NCBI RefSeq assembly: GCF_964204645.1
Contig: NC_134025.1
Span: 7,874,001-7,938,000 of the forward strand
Length of the DNA: 64,000 nt
From: Tubulanus polymorphus
Lineage: Eukaryota; Animalia; Nemertea
Direction: 5' to 3'
Position 1 is the first letter of the stretch. Every line of letters starts with the position of its first letter. The position numbers and the translations under genes are program-made. The notes beneath the pieces were generated by a model. That model worked only from the letters and a program-made list of their open reading frames with translations. It made no database searches and was not told the DNA's origin. Of this stretch, positions 62,237-64,000 are shown piece after piece.

Positions 62237-64000
62237 GTAAGTAACTAAACCTCGAGTTAAGTAAGATATAATGAACGAACTAATAATGCTAATCGGACAA
62301 CCTATATTGGTCATTGCTACAATGGCCACTTTAATTACCCTTACCTCACCTGCAATTAACTCAAGCCTTAAATTGCAACTAATTCCTTGAATGTCGGTCC
62401 ACAAAAGGGTTGTTTCAAGCAAGTGATTCAGTATTTCAAAAATGCTGCATTTGCCGTTAATTTGCACACTTTATGTACAGTACATGATACACTGTTGCAG
62501 AATGCTTTATCGACATTGTCTCTTCTATTATGTAATCGCAATATACTCTCTATAAATCTGTATGATTATTGCACGACACAAAGTCCTTGTATATGCAATC
62601 TATATCTATCTTACCAATCACTTAGGCAGTCACACCGAAAAATATGCCACGAAACCTATATCCTCCAGTGAAGAGACCGAACAATATTGCCTTCCTACAA
62701 AGTTTACAAAACAATTATTCATCAATATTCTATTGCAATAAAACTCAAATTGAAATGTTTCCAACAGAGATTGTAGATATTACACACTTGATATTGTGTA
62801 ATTTTCGTAATTTCTGTTCTTGTACGTTCTATTATTATTATGTTGCATATTCGTGCTCAAACTACGGATTTTATCTTGTTTCTGATCGTGTGTTTCGTGT
62901 ACAGTTTAGTTCTGTACACATCTGTGCATATATTTCGTACGATACATTTAAATGTCCATTTGTATGATCATAAAATCGTATGTTTTAATCATCATATCAT
63001 TCGATTTGGCTGAAACGTTTCTGTGACCTTTGACCTTTACAGCATCCACTCAGATTCATGTGCCCTATTCTGCACATGCGATACTGCGTCCAGAGCCAGT
63101 GGTGGAACTCTGCAAGTATCCTTATGTCCTTTGGGCAACTTTTAGGACAGTGTCGGCGCCTTTGGCTGTCACATCTGCTTAATTATCTCTAGTCCCAATA
63201 ACTTTTGCACTTGATGTGGGATTTGTTTCACTATTGCATGCTGACTGTCTTTCCCGTTTGCTATTCGAGTCTATGATAAAATGAATAAACTGTTCTGTTT
63301 TCTAAAAGAATCTCTTTTGAATCTCGAAAGAATGAATCTCGTCTAAAGTATATTACTTTACGATCTTTTGAAGTAGAAATTATTGCATGGAATGTAAGTG
63401 TTTAGACTTGTTGTCCCGATGTTGTTTGTAAACGAATTTCACTTTCTATAAGATTTTATCGGAGTTGCTTCAACGCGTGTCTTAGCGAAGGTGTTGCTCA
63501 AAGAATTTCGATTTGCTGATAAATTGAACATAATATTCTATAGAAAACAAGCCGAATGCCTTTGTAAGACTAGTGAGTATTGAAGTGACTCCTCATCTCA
63601 CTACATAAAAAATAGATTCGAATAACAAACTATTTCAGTGTATGTATCGACAATGATTTTATCTTTTATTTCATCGATCAGCAAAATCGTTTCAGTTACC
63701 GGCCCGACATGTGTTGAACCTGATGATTTTAATCTAGAGCAGATATAGAGCAATATATACATCAAACAGGGAATTACCGGATATTCGTATTGAATCATCT
63801 ATGTGCATGCTAGTGCGTCAATCCTTATTATTTTTGTTACCATTCAATCATAATTATTGTGTTAGTTAGATAGCATTTTGCGCGTAATGATTTTATAACA
63901 TGTATATATCAATTTACTTCATTGATATTCATTCAATCGAATTCGTATTTCGAATAAATCTTGTTATGTCGATGTACGTAGTTTTCAGAGAAACACAGTT

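Overview
Intron-rich, AT-rich animal genomic DNA, probably from an invertebrate (inferred from gene structure and repeat types). The window has three main components. (1) A 4-exon fatty-acid-binding protein (FABP/iLBP) gene on the minus strand, 1364-2557, 139 aa. (2) A complete, apparently intact 9.74-kb CACTA/EnSpm DNA transposon, 11234-20974, with perfect 20-bp TIRs, a TA target-site duplication and subterminal GAAC/GTTC arrays. It carries an intronless 843-aa transposase and a second gene that the ORF track shows only as fragments. That gene has 15 exons (about 663 aa) and encodes an N-terminal CIDE-N (CAD/ICAD-type) domain, a linker built from six tandemly duplicated exon+intron units, and a SAMD3-like C-terminus. 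A GTAAGT donor directly before the transposase ATG suggests both proteins come from one transcript. The element also carries several nested MITE/HINE passengers and a long 3' hairpin. (3) The 5' half of a divergent IP3-receptor-like calcium-channel gene on the plus strand (35 coding exons traced, 44633-62236, about 1409 aa, running past the window). It has candidate upstream first exons, one of which follows a TATA box only about 135 bp from the transposon end. All gene models were built by hand from GT-AG sites and reading-frame continuity. No database searches were run.
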